The notes below the pieces were generated by a model that made no database searches, was not told where the DNA came from, and saw only the letters and a program-made list of their open reading frames with translations. Of a DNA stretch of 64,000 nt, positions 1 to 12,000 are shown piece after piece. The first letter of the stretch is position 1; every line of letters starts with the position of its first letter. The DNA is from Eledone cirrhosa (Eukaryota). A program made the position numbers and the translations under genes. The stretch spans positions 3,906,001 to 3,970,000 of the forward strand of contig OZ024744.1 in the NCBI GenBank assembly GCA_964016885.1, read 5' to 3'.

Positions 1-3000
1 TGAAGAACGAAGTTTTGAGGGAAGACGAGGTAGAGAAAGATAGCTTGGTGAAGAACGACGTTTTGGGGGAAGACAAGGTAGAGAAAGATAGCTTGGTGAA
101 GAACGAAGTGTTGGGGGAAGACAAGGTAGAGAACGATAGCTTGGTGAAGAACGACGTTTTGAGGGAAGACAAGGTAGAGAAAGATAGCTTGGTGAAGAAC
201 GAAGTTTTGGGGGAAGACAAGGTAGAGAAAGATAGCTTGGTGAAGAACGAAGTTTTGGGGGAAGACAAGGTAGAGAAAGATAGCTTGGTGAAGAACAAAG
301 TTTTGAGGGAAGACGAGGTAGAGAAAGATAGCTTGGTGAAGAACGAAGTTTTGGGGGAAGACAAGGTAGAGAAAGATAGCTTGGTGAAGAACGAAGTTTG
401 GGGGAAGACAAGGTAGAGAAAGATAGCTTGGTGAAGAACGACGTTTTGAGGGAAGACAAGGTCGTGAAAAATAGCTTGGTGAAGAACAAAGTTTTGGGGA
501 AGACAATGTAGAGAAAGATAGCTTGGTGAAGAACGAAGTTTTGGGGGAAGACAAGGTAGAGAAAGATAGCTTGGTGAAGAACGAAGTTCTGAGGGAAGAC
601 AAGGTAGAGAAAGATAGCTTGGTGAAGAACGAAGTTTTGGGAGGAGACAAGGTAGAGAAAGATATCTTGGTGAAGAACGAAGTTTTGACGGAAGACAAGG
701 TAGAGAAAGATAGCTTGGTGAAGAATGACGTTTTGTGGGAAGACAAGGTAGAGAAAGATAGCTTGGTGAAGAACGAAGTTTTGTGTGAAGACAAGCTAGA
801 GAAAGATAGCTTGGTGAAGAACGAAGTTTTGGGGGAAGACAATGTAGAGAAAGATAGATTGGTGAAGAACAAAGTTTTGAGGGATGACAAGGTAGAGAAA
901 GATGACTTGGTGAAGAACGAAGTTTTGGGGGAAGACAAGGTAGAGAAAGATAGCTTGGTGAAGAACGAAGTTTTGAGGGAAGACAAGGTAGAGAAAGATA
1001 GCTTGGTGAATAACGAAGTTTTGGGAGAAGACAAGGTAGAGAAAGATAGCTTGGTGAAGAACGAAGTTTTGGGGGAAGACAAGGTAGAGAAAGATAGCTT
1101 GGTGAAGAACGACGTTTTGAGGGAAGACAAGGTAGAGAAAGATAGCTTGGTGAAGAACGACGTTTTGTGGGAAGACAAGGTAGAGAAAGATAGCTTGGTG
1201 AAGAACGAAGTTTTGGGGGAAGACAAGATAGAGAAAGATAGCTTGGCGAAGAACGAAGTTTTGGGGGAAGACAAGGTAGAGAAAGAGAGCTTGGTGAAGA
1301 ACGACGTTTTGATGAAAGACAAGGTAGAGAAAGATAGCTTGGTGAAGAACGAAGTTTTGGGGAAGACAATGTAGAGAAAGATAGCTTGGTGAAGAACGAA
1401 GTTTTCGGGGAAGACAAGGTAGAGAAAGATAGCTTGGTGAAGAACGAAGTTCTGAGGGAAGACAAGGTAGAGAAAGATAGCTTGGTGAAGAACGAAGTTT
1501 TGGGAGAAGACAAGGTAGAGAAAGATATCTTGGTGAAGAAAGAAGTTTTGACGGAAGACAAGGTAGAGAAAGATAGCTTGGTGAAGAATGACGTTTTGTG
1601 GGAAGACAAGGTAGAGAAAGATAGCTTGGTGAAGAACGAAGTTTTGTGTGAAGACAAGGTAGAGAAAGATAGCTTGGTGAAGAACGAAGTTTTGGGGGAA
1701 GACAAGGCAGAGAAAGATAGATTGGTGAAGAATGAAGTTTTGAAGGATGACAAGGTAGAGAAAGATGACTTGGTGAAGAAAGAAGTTTTGGGGGAAGACA
1801 AGGTAGAGAAAGATAGCTTGGTGAAGAACGAAGTTTTGGGGGAAGACAAGGTAGAGAAAGATAGATTGGTGAAGAACAAAGTTTTGAGGGATGACAAGGT
1901 AGAGAAAGATGACTTGGTGAAGAACGAAGTTTTGGGGGAAGACAAGGTAGAGAAAGATAGCTTGGTGAAGAACGAAGTTTTGAGGGAAGACAAGGTAGAG
2001 AAAGATAGCTTGGTGAATAACGAAGTTTTGGGAGAAGACAAGGTAGAGAAAGATAGCTTGGTGAAGAACGAAGTTTTGGGGGAAGACAAGGTAGAGAAAG
2101 ATAGCTTGGTGAAGAACGAAGTTTTGAGGGAAGACAAGGTAGAGAAAGATAGCTTGGTGAAGAACGATGTTTTGAGAGAAGACAAGGTAGAGAAAGATAG
2201 CTTGGTGAAGAACGACGTTTTGAGGGAAGACAAGGTAGAGAAAGATAGCTTGGTGAAGAACGACGTTTTGTGGGAAGACAAGGTAGAGAAAGATAGCTTG
2301 GTGAAGAACGAAGTTTTGGGGGAAGACAAGGTAGAGAAAGATAGCTTGGCGAAGAGCGAAGTTTTGGGGGAAGACAAGGTAGAGAAAGAGAGCTTGGTGA
2401 AGAACGACGTTTTGATGAAAGACAAGGTAGAGAAAGATAGCTTGGTGAAGAACGAAGTTTTGAGGAAGACAATGTAGAGAAAGATAGCTTGGTGATGAAC
2501 GAAGTTTTCGGGGAAGACAAGGTAGAGAAAGATAGCTTGGTGAAGAACGAAGTTCTGAGGGAAGACAAGGTAGAGAAAGATAGCTTGGTGAAGAACGAAG
2601 TTTTGGGAGAAGACAAGGTAGAGAAAGATATCTTGGTGAAGAAAGAAGTTTTGACGGAAGACAAGGTAGAGAAAGATAGCTTGGTGAAGAACGAAGTTTT
2701 GTGTGAAGACAAGGTAGAGAAAGATAGCTTGGTGAAGAACGAAGTTTTGGGGGAAGACAAGGCAGAGAAAGATAGATTGGTGAAGAACGAAGTTTTGAAG
2801 GATGACAAGGTAGAGAAAGATGACTTGGTGAAGAAAGAAGTGTTGGGGGAAGACAAGGTAGAGAAAGATAGCTTGGTGAAGAACGAAGTTTTGGGGGAAG
2901 ACAAGGTAGAGAAAGATAGCTTGGTGAAGAACGAAGTTTTGGGGGAAGACAAGGTAGAGAAAGATAGCTTGGTGAAGAACGAAGTTTTGGGGGAAGACAA

Positions 3001-6000
3001 GGTAGAGAAAGATAGCTTGGTGAAGAACGAAGTTTTGGGGGAAGACAAGGTAGAGAAAGATAGCTTGGTGAAGAACGAAGTTTGGGGGAAGACAAGGTAG
3101 AGAAAGATAGCTTGGTGAAGAACGACGTTTTGAGGGAAGACAAGGTCGTGAAAAATAGCTTGGTGAAGAACAAAGTTTTGGGGAAGACAATGTAGAGAAA
3201 GATAGCTTGGTGAAGAACGAAGTTTTGGGGGAAGACAAGGTAGAGAAAGATAGCTTGGTGAAGAACGAAGTTCTGAGGGAAGACAAGGTAGAGAAAGATA
3301 GCTTGGTGAAGAACGAAGTTTTGGGAGGAGACAAGGTAGAGAAAGATATCTTGGTGAAGAACGAAGTTTTGACGGAAGACAAGGTAGAGAAAGATAGCTT
3401 GGTGAAGAATGACGTTTTGTGGGAAGACAAGGTAGAGAAAGATAGCTTGGTGAAGAACGAAGTTTTGTGTGAAGACAAGCTAGAGAAAGATAGCTTGGTG
3501 AAGAACGAAGTTTTGGGGGAAGACAATGTAGAGAAAGATAGATTGGTGAAGAACAAAGTTTTGAGGGATGACAAGGTAGAGAAAGATGACTTGGTGAAGA
3601 ACGAAGTTTTGGGGGAAGACAAGGTAGAGAAAGATAGCTTGGTGAAGAACGAAGTTTTGAGGGAAGACAAGGTAGAGAAAGATAGCTTGGTGAATAACGA
3701 AGTTTTGGGAGAAGACAAGGTAGAGAAAGATAGCTTGGTGAAGAACGAAGTTTTGGGGGAAGACAAGGTAGAGAAAGATAGCTTGGTGAAGAACGACGTT
3801 TTGAGGGAAGACAAGGTAGAGAAAGATAGCTTGGTGAAGAACGACGTTTTGTGGGAAGACAAGGTAGAGAAAGATAGCTTGGTGAAGAACGAAGTTTTGG
3901 GGGAAGACAAGGTAGAGAAAGAGAGCTTGGTGAAGAACGACGTTTTGATGAAAGACAAGGTAGAGAAAGATAGCTTGGTGAAGAACGAAGTTTTGGGGAA
4001 GACAATGTAGAGAAAGATAGCTTGGTGAAGAACGAAGTTTTCGGGGAAGACAAGGTAGAGAAAGATAGCTTGGTGAAGAACGAAGTTCTGAGGGAAGACA
4101 AGGTAGAGAAAGATAGCTTGGTGAAGAACGAAGTTTTGGGAGAAGACAAGGTAGAGAAAGATATCTTGGTGAAGAAAGAAGTTTTGACGGAAGACAAGGT
4201 AGAGAAAGATAGCTTGGTGAAGAATGACGTTTTGTGGGAAGACAAGGTAGAGAAAGATAGCTTGGTGAAGAACGAAGTTTTGTGTGAAGACAAGGTAGAG
4301 AAAGATAGCTTGGTGAAGAACGAAGTTTTGGGGGAAGACAAGGCAGAGAAAGATAGATTGGTGAAGAATGAAGTTTTGAAGGATGACAAGGTAGAGAAAG
4401 ATGACTTGGTGAAGAAAGAAGTTTTGGGGGAAGACAAGGTAGAGAAAGATAGCTTGGTGAAGAACGAAGTTTTGGGGGAAGACAAGGTAGAGAAAGATAG
4501 ATTGGTGAAGAACAAAGTTTTGAGGGATGACAAGGTAGAGAAAGATGACTTGGTGAAGAACGAAGTTTTGGGGGAAGACAAGGTAGAGAAAGATAGCTTG
4601 GTGAAGAACGAAGTTTTGAGGGAAGACAAGGTAGAGAAAGATAGCTTGGTGAATAACGAAGTTTTGGGAGAAGACAAGGTAGAGAAAGATAGCTTGGTGA
4701 AGAACGAAGTTTTGGGGGAAGACAAGGTAGAGAAAGATAGCTTGGTGAAGAACGAAGTTTTGAGGGAAGACAAGGTAGAGAAAGATAGCTTGGTGAAGAA
4801 CGATGTTTTGAGAGAAGACAAGGTAGAGAAAGATAGCTTGGTGAAGAACGACGTTTTGAGGGAAGACAAGGTAGAGAAAGATAGCTTGGTGAAGAACGAC
4901 GTTTTGTGGGAAGACAAGGTAGAGAAAGATAGCTTGGTGAAGAACGAAGTTTTGGGGGAAGACAAGGTAGAGAAAGATAGCTTGGCGAAGAGCGAAGTTT
5001 TGGGGGAAGACAAGGTAGAGAAAGAGAGCTTGGTGAAGAACGACGTTTTGATGAAAGACAAGGTAGAGAAAGATAGCTTGGTGAAGAACGAAGTTTTGAG
5101 GAAGACAATGTAGAGAAAGATAGCTTGGTGAAGAACGAAGTTTTCGGGGAAGACAAGGTAGAGAAAGATAGCTTGGTGAAGAACGAAGTTCTGAGGGAAG
5201 ACAAGGTAGAGAAAGATAGCTTGGTGAAGAACGAAGTTTTGGGAGAAGACAAGGTAGAGAAAGATATCTTGGTGAAGAAAGAAGTTTTGACGGAAGACAA
5301 GGTAGAGAAAGATAGCTTGGTGAAGAACGAAGTTTTGTGTGAAGACAAGGTAGAGAAAGATAGCTTGGTGAAGAACGAAGTTTTGGGGGAAGACAAGGCA
5401 GAGAAAGATAGATTGGTGAAGAACGAAGTTTTGAAGGATGACAAGGTAGAGAAAGATGACTTGGTGAAGAAAGAAGTGTTGGGGGAAGACAAGGTAGAGA
5501 AAGATAGCTTGGTGAAGAACGAAGTTTTGGGGGAAGACAAGGTAGAGAAAGATAGCTTGGTGAAGAACGAAGTTTTGGGGGAAGACAAGGTAGAGAAAGA
5601 TAGCTTGGTGAAGAACGAAGTTTTGGGGGAAGACAAGGTAGAGAAAGATAGCTTGGTGAAGAACGAAGTTTTAGGGGAAGACAAGGTAGAGAAAGATATC
5701 TTGGTGAAGAACGAAGTTTTGAGGGAAGACAAGGTAGAGAAAGATGACTTGGTGAAGAACGAAGTTTTGGGGGAAGACAAGGTAGAGAAAGATAGCTTGG
5801 TGAAGAACGAAGTTTTGAGGGAAGACGAGGTAGAGAAAGATAGCTTGGTGAAGAACGACGTTTTGGGGGAAGACAAGGTAGAGAAAGATAGCTTGGTGAA
5901 GAACGAAGTGTTGGGGGAAGACAAGGTAGAGAACGATAGCTTGGTGAAGAACGACGTTTTGAGGGAAGACAAGGTAGAGAAAGATAGCTTGGTGAAGAAC

Positions 6001-9000
6001 GAAGTTTTGGGGGAAGACAAGGTAGAGAAAGATAGCTTGGTGAAGAACGAAGTTTTGGGGGAAGACAAGGTAGAGAAAGATAGCTTGGTGAAGAACAAAG
6101 TTTTGAGGGAAGACGAGGTAGAGAAAGATAGCTTGGTGAAGAACGAAGTTTTGGGGGAAGACAAGGTAGAGAAAGATAGCTTGGTGAAGAACGAAGTTTG
6201 GGGGAAGACAAGGTAGAGAAAGATAGCTTGGTGAAGAACGACGTTTTGAGGGAAGACAAGGTCGTGAAAAATAGCTTGGTGAAGAACAAAGTTTTGGGGA
6301 AGACAATGTAGAGAAAGATAGCTTGGTGAAGAACGAAGTTTTGGGGGAAGACAAGGTAGAGAAAGATAGCTTGGTGAAGAACGAAGTTCTGAGGGAAGAC
6401 AAGGTAGAGAAAGATAGCTTGGTGAAGAACGAAGTTTTGGGAGGAGACAAGGTAGAGAAAGATATCTTGGTGAAGAACGAAGTTTTGACGGAAGACAAGG
6501 TAGAGAAAGATAGCTTGGTGAAGAATGACGTTTTGTGGGAAGACAAGGTAGAGAAAGATAGCTTGGTGAAGAACGAAGTTTTGTGTGAAGACAAGCTAGA
6601 GAAAGATAGCTTGGTGAAGAACGAAGTTTTGGGGGAAGACAATGTAGAGAAAGATAGATTGGTGAAGAACAAAGTTTTGAGGGATGACAAGGTAGAGAAA
6701 GATGACTTGGTGAAGAACGAAGTTTTGGGGGAAGACAAGGTAGAGAAAGATAGCTTGGTGAAGAACGAAGTTTTGAGGGAAGACAAGGTAGAGAAAGATA
6801 GCTTGGTGAATAACGAAGTTTTGGGAGAAGACAAGGTAGAGAAAGATAGCTTGGTGAAGAACGAAGTTTTGGGGGAAGACAAGGTAGAGAAAGATAGCTT
6901 GGTGAAGAACGACGTTTTGAGGGAAGACAAGGTAGAGAAAGATAGCTTGGTGAAGAACGACGTTTTGTGGGAAGACAAGGTAGAGAAAGATAGCTTGGTG
7001 AAGAACGAAGTTTTGGGGGAAGACAAGATAGAGAAAGATAGCTTGGCGAAGAACGAAGTTTTGGGGGAAGACAAGGTAGAGAAAGAGAGCTTGGTGAAGA
7101 ACGACGTTTTGATGAAAGACAAGGTAGAGAAAGATAGCTTGGTGAAGAACGAGTTTTGGGGAAGACAATGTAGAGAAAGATAGCTTGGTGAAGAACGAAG
7201 TTTTCGGGGAAGACAAGGTAGAGAAAGATAGCTTGGTGAAGAACGAAGTTCTGAGGGAAGACAAGGTAGAGAAAGATAGCTTGGTGAAGAACGAAGTTTT
7301 GGGAGAAGACAAGGTAGAGAAAGATATCTTGGTGAAGAAAGAAGTTTTGACGGAAGACAAGGTAGAGAAAGATAGCTTGGTGAAGAATGACGTTTTGTGG
7401 GAAGACAAGGTAGAGAAAGATAGCTTGGTGAAGAACGAAGTTTTGTGTGAAGACAAGGTAGAGAAAGATAGCTTGGTGAAGAACGAAGTTTTGGGGGAAG
7501 ACAAGGCAGAGAAAGATAGATTGGTGAAGAATGAAGTTTTGAAGGATGACAAGGTAGAGAAAGATGACTTGGTGAAGAAAGAAGTTTTGGGGGAAGACAA
7601 GGTAGAGAAAGATAGCTTGGTGAAGAACGAAGTTTTGGGGGAAGACAAGGTAGAGAAAGATAGATTGGTGAAGAACAAAGTTTTGAGGGATGACAAGGTA
7701 GAGAAAGATGACTTGGTGAAGAACGAAGTTTTGGGGGAAGACAAGGTAGAGAAAGATAGCTTGGTGAAGAACGAAGTTTTGAGGGAAGACAAGGTAGAGA
7801 AAGATAGCTTGGTGAATAACGAAGTTTTGGGAGAAGACAAGGTAGAGAAAGATAGCTTGGTGAAGAACGAAGTTTTGGGGGAAGACAAGGTAGAGAAAGA
7901 TAGCTTGGTGAAGAACGAAGTTTTGAGGGAAGACAAGGTAGAGAAAGATAGCTTGGTGAAGAACGATGTTTTGAGAGAAGACAAGGTAGAGAAAGATAGC
8001 TTGGTGAAGAACGACGTTTTGAGGGAAGACAAGGTAGAGAAAGATAGCTTGGTGAAGAACGACGTTTTGTGGGAAGACAAGGTAGAGAAAGATAGCTTGG
8101 TGAAGAACGAAGTTTTGGGGGAAGACAAGGTAGAGAAAGATAGCTTGGCGAAGAGCGAAGTTTTGGGGGAAGACAAGGTAGAGAAAGAGAGCTTGGTGAA
8201 GAACGACGTTTTGATGAAAGACAAGGTAGAGAAAGATAGCTTGGTGAAGAACGAAGTTTTGAGGAAGACAATGTAGAGAAAGATAGCTTGGTGATGAACG
8301 AAGTTTTCGGGGAAGACAAGGTAGAGAAAGATAGCTTGGTGAAGAACGAAGTTCTGAGGGAAGACAAGGTAGAGAAAGATAGCTTGGTGAAGAACGAAGT
8401 TTTGGGAGAAGACAAGGTAGAGAAAGATATCTTGGTGAAGAAAGAAGTTTTGACGGAAGACAAGGTAGAGAAAGATAGCTTGGTGAAGAACGAAGTTTTG
8501 TGTGAAGACAAGGTAGAGAAAGATAGCTTGGTGAAGAACGAAGTTTTGGGGGAAGACAAGGCAGAGAAAGATAGATTGGTGAAGAACGAAGTTTTGAAGG
8601 ATGACAAGGTAGAGAAAGATGACTTGGTGAAGAAAGAAGTGTTGGGGGAAGACAAGGTAGAGAAAGATAGCTTGGTGAAGAACGAAGTTTTGGGGGAAGA
8701 CAAGGTAGAGAAAGATAGCTTGGTGAAGAACGAAGTTTTGGGGGAAGACAAGGTAGAGAAAGATAGCTTGGTGAAGAACGAAGTTTTGGGGGAAGACAAG
8801 GTAGAGAAAGATAGCTTGGTGAAGAACGAAGTTTTGGGGGAAGACAAGGTAGAGAAAGATAGCTTGGTGAAGAACGAAGTTTGGGGGAAGACAAGGTAGA
8901 GAAAGATAGCTTGGTGAAGAACGACGTTTTGAGGGAAGACAAGGTCGTGAAAAATAGCTTGGTGAAGAACAAAGTTTTGGGGAAGACAATGTAGAGAAAG

Positions 9001-12000
9001 ATAGCTTGGTGAAGAACGAAGTTTTGGGGGAAGACAAGGTAGAGAAAGATAGCTTGGTGAAGAACGAAGTTCTGAGGGAAGACAAGGTAGAGAAAGATAG
9101 CTTGGTGAAGAACGAAGTTTTGGGAGGAGACAAGGTAGAGAAAGATATCTTGGTGAAGAACGAAGTTTTGACGGAAGACAAGGTAGAGAAAGATAGCTTG
9201 GTGAAGAATGACGTTTTGTGGGAAGACAAGGTAGAGAAAGATAGCTTGGTGAAGAACGAAGTTTTGTGTGAAGACAAGCTAGAGAAAGATAGCTTGGTGA
9301 AGAACGAAGTTTTGGGGGAAGACAATGTAGAGAAAGATAGATTGGTGAAGAACAAAGTTTTGAGGGATGACAAGGTAGAGAAAGATGACTTGGTGAAGAA
9401 CGAAGTTTTGGGGGAAGACAAGGTAGAGAAAGATAGCTTGGTGAAGAACGAAGTTTTGAGGGAAGACAAGGTAGAGAAAGATAGCTTGGTGAATAACGAA
9501 GTTTTGGGAGAAGACAAGGTAGAGAAAGATAGCTTGGTGAAGAACGAAGTTTTGGGGGAAGACAAGGTAGAGAAAGATAGCTTGGTGAAGAACGACGTTT
9601 TGAGGGAAGACAAGGTAGAGAAAGATAGCTTGGTGAAGAACGACGTTTTGTGGGAAGACAAGGTAGAGAAAGATAGCTTGGTGAAGAACGAAGTTTTGGG
9701 GGAAGACAAGATAGAGAAAGATAGCTTGGCGAAGAACGAAGTTTTGGGGGAAGACAAGGTAGAGAAAGAGAGCTTGGTGAAGAACGACGTTTTGATGAAA
9801 GACAAGGTAGAGAAAGATAGCTTGGTGAAGAACGAAGTTTTGGGGAAGACAATGTAGAGAAAGATAGCTTGGTGAAGAACGAAGTTTTCGGGGAAGACAA
9901 GGTAGAGAAAGATAGCTTGGTGAAGAACGAAGTTCTGAGGGAAGACAAGGTAGAGAAAGATAGCTTGGTGAAGAACGAAGTTTTGGGAGAAGACAAGGTA
10001 GAGAAAGATATCTTGGTGAAGAAAGAAGTTTTGACGGAAGACAAGGTAGAGAAAGATAGCTTGGTGAAGAATGACGTTTTGTGGGAAGACAAGGTAGAGA
10101 AAGATAGCTTGGTGAAGAACGAAGTTTTGTGTGAAGACAAGGTAGAGAAAGATAGCTTGGTGAAGAACGAAGTTTTGGGGGAAGACAAGGCAGAGAAAGA
10201 TAGATTGGTGAAGAATGAAGTTTTGAAGGATGACAAGGTAGAGAAAGATGACTTGGTGAAGAAAGAAGTTTTGGGGGAAGACAAGGTAGAGAAAGATAGC
10301 TTGGTGAAGAACGAAGTTTTGGGGGAAGACAAGGTAGAGAAAGATAGATTGGTGAAGAACAAAGTTTTGAGGGATGACAAGGTAGAGAAAGATGACTTGG
10401 TGAAGAACGAAGTTTTGGGGGAAGACAAGGTAGAGAAAGATAGCTTGGTGAAGAACGAAGTTTTGAGGGAAGACAAGGTAGAGAAAGATAGCTTGGTGAA
10501 TAACGAAGTTTTGGGAGAAGACAAGGTAGAGAAAGATAGCTTGGTGAAGAACGAAGTTTTGGGGGAAGACAAGGTAGAGAAAGATAGCTTGGTGAAGAAC
10601 GAAGTTTTGAGGGAAGACAAGGTAGAGAAAGATAGCTTGGTGAAGAACGATGTTTTGAGAGAAGACAAGGTAGAGAAAGATAGCTTGGTGAAGAACGACG
10701 TTTTGAGGGAAGACAAGGTAGAGAAAGATAGCTTGGTGAAGAACGACGTTTTGTGGGAAGACAAGGTAGAGAAAGATAGCTTGGTGAAGAACGAAGTTTT
10801 GGGGGAAGACAAGGTAGAGAAAGATAGCTTGGCGAAGAGCGAAGTTTTGGGGGAAGACAAGGTAGAGAAAGAGAGCTTGGTGAAGAACGACGTTTTGATG
10901 AAAGACAAGGTAGAGAAAGATAGCTTGGTGAAGAACGAAGTTTTGAGGAAGACAATGTAGAGAAAGATAGCTTGGTGAAGAACGAAGTTTTCGGGGAAGA
11001 CAAGGTAGAGAAAGATAGCTTGGTGAAGAACGAAGTTCTGAGGGAAGACAAGGTAGAGAAAGATAGCTTGGTGAAGAACGAAGTTTTGGGAGAAGACAAG
11101 GTAGAGAAAGATATCTTGGTGAAGAAAGAAGTTTTGACGGAAGACAAGGTAGAGAAAGATAGCTTGGTGAAGAACGAAGTTTTGTGTGAAGACAAGGTAG
11201 AGAAAGATAGCTTGGTGAAGAACGAAGTTTTGGGGGAAGACAAGGCAGAGAAAGATAGATTGGTGAAGAACGAAGTTTTGAAGGATGACAAGGTAGAGAA
11301 AGATGACTTGGTGAAGAAAGAAGTGTTGGGGGAAGACAAGGTAGAGAAAGATAGCTTGGTGAAGAACGAAGTTTTGGGGGAAGACAAGGTAGAGAAAGAT
11401 AGCTTGGTGAAGAACGAAGTTTTGGGGGAAGACAAGGTAGAGAAAGATAGCTTGGTGAAGAACGAAGTTTTGGGGGAAGACAAGGTAGAGAAAGATAGCT
11501 TGGTGAAGAACGAAGTTTTAGGGGAAGACAAGGTAGAGAAAGATATCTTGGTGAAGAACGAAGTTTTGAGGGAAGACAAGGTAGAGAAAGATGACTTGGT
11601 GAAGAACGAAGTTTTGGGGGAAGACAAGGTAGAGAAAGATAGCTTGGTGAAGAACGAAGTTTTGAGGGAAGACGAGGTAGAGAAAGATAGCTTGGTGAAG
11701 AACGACGTTTTGGGGGAAGACAAGGTAGAGAAAGATAGCTTGGTGAAGAACGAAGTGTTGGGGGAAGACAAGGTAGAGAACGATAGCTTGGTGAAGAACG
11801 ACGTTTTGAGGGAAGACAAGGTAGAGAAAGATAGCTTGGTGAAGAACGAAGTTTTGGGGGAAGACAAGGTAGAGAAAGATAGCTTGGTGAAGAACGAAGT
11901 TTTGGGGGAAGACAAGGTAGAGAAAGATAGCTTGGTGAAGAACAAAGTTTTGAGGGAAGACGAGGTAGAGAAAGATAGCTTGGTGAAGAACGAAGTTTTG

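Noticed and set aside
381-522. Programmed ribosomal frameshifting or phase variation at TTTTGGGGG restoring one giant protein
   Set aside because: Indels are of several kinds, some outside the run, and true stop alleles also exist. No stimulatory structure is evident. Propagation by block duplication explains them.
7148-7160. Unique 46-bp monomer (AACGAGTTTTGGGG)
   Set aside because: Singleton 1-bp loss absent from the four equivalent HOR copies. It could be a sequencing/consensus error or a private mutation and is not interpretable.
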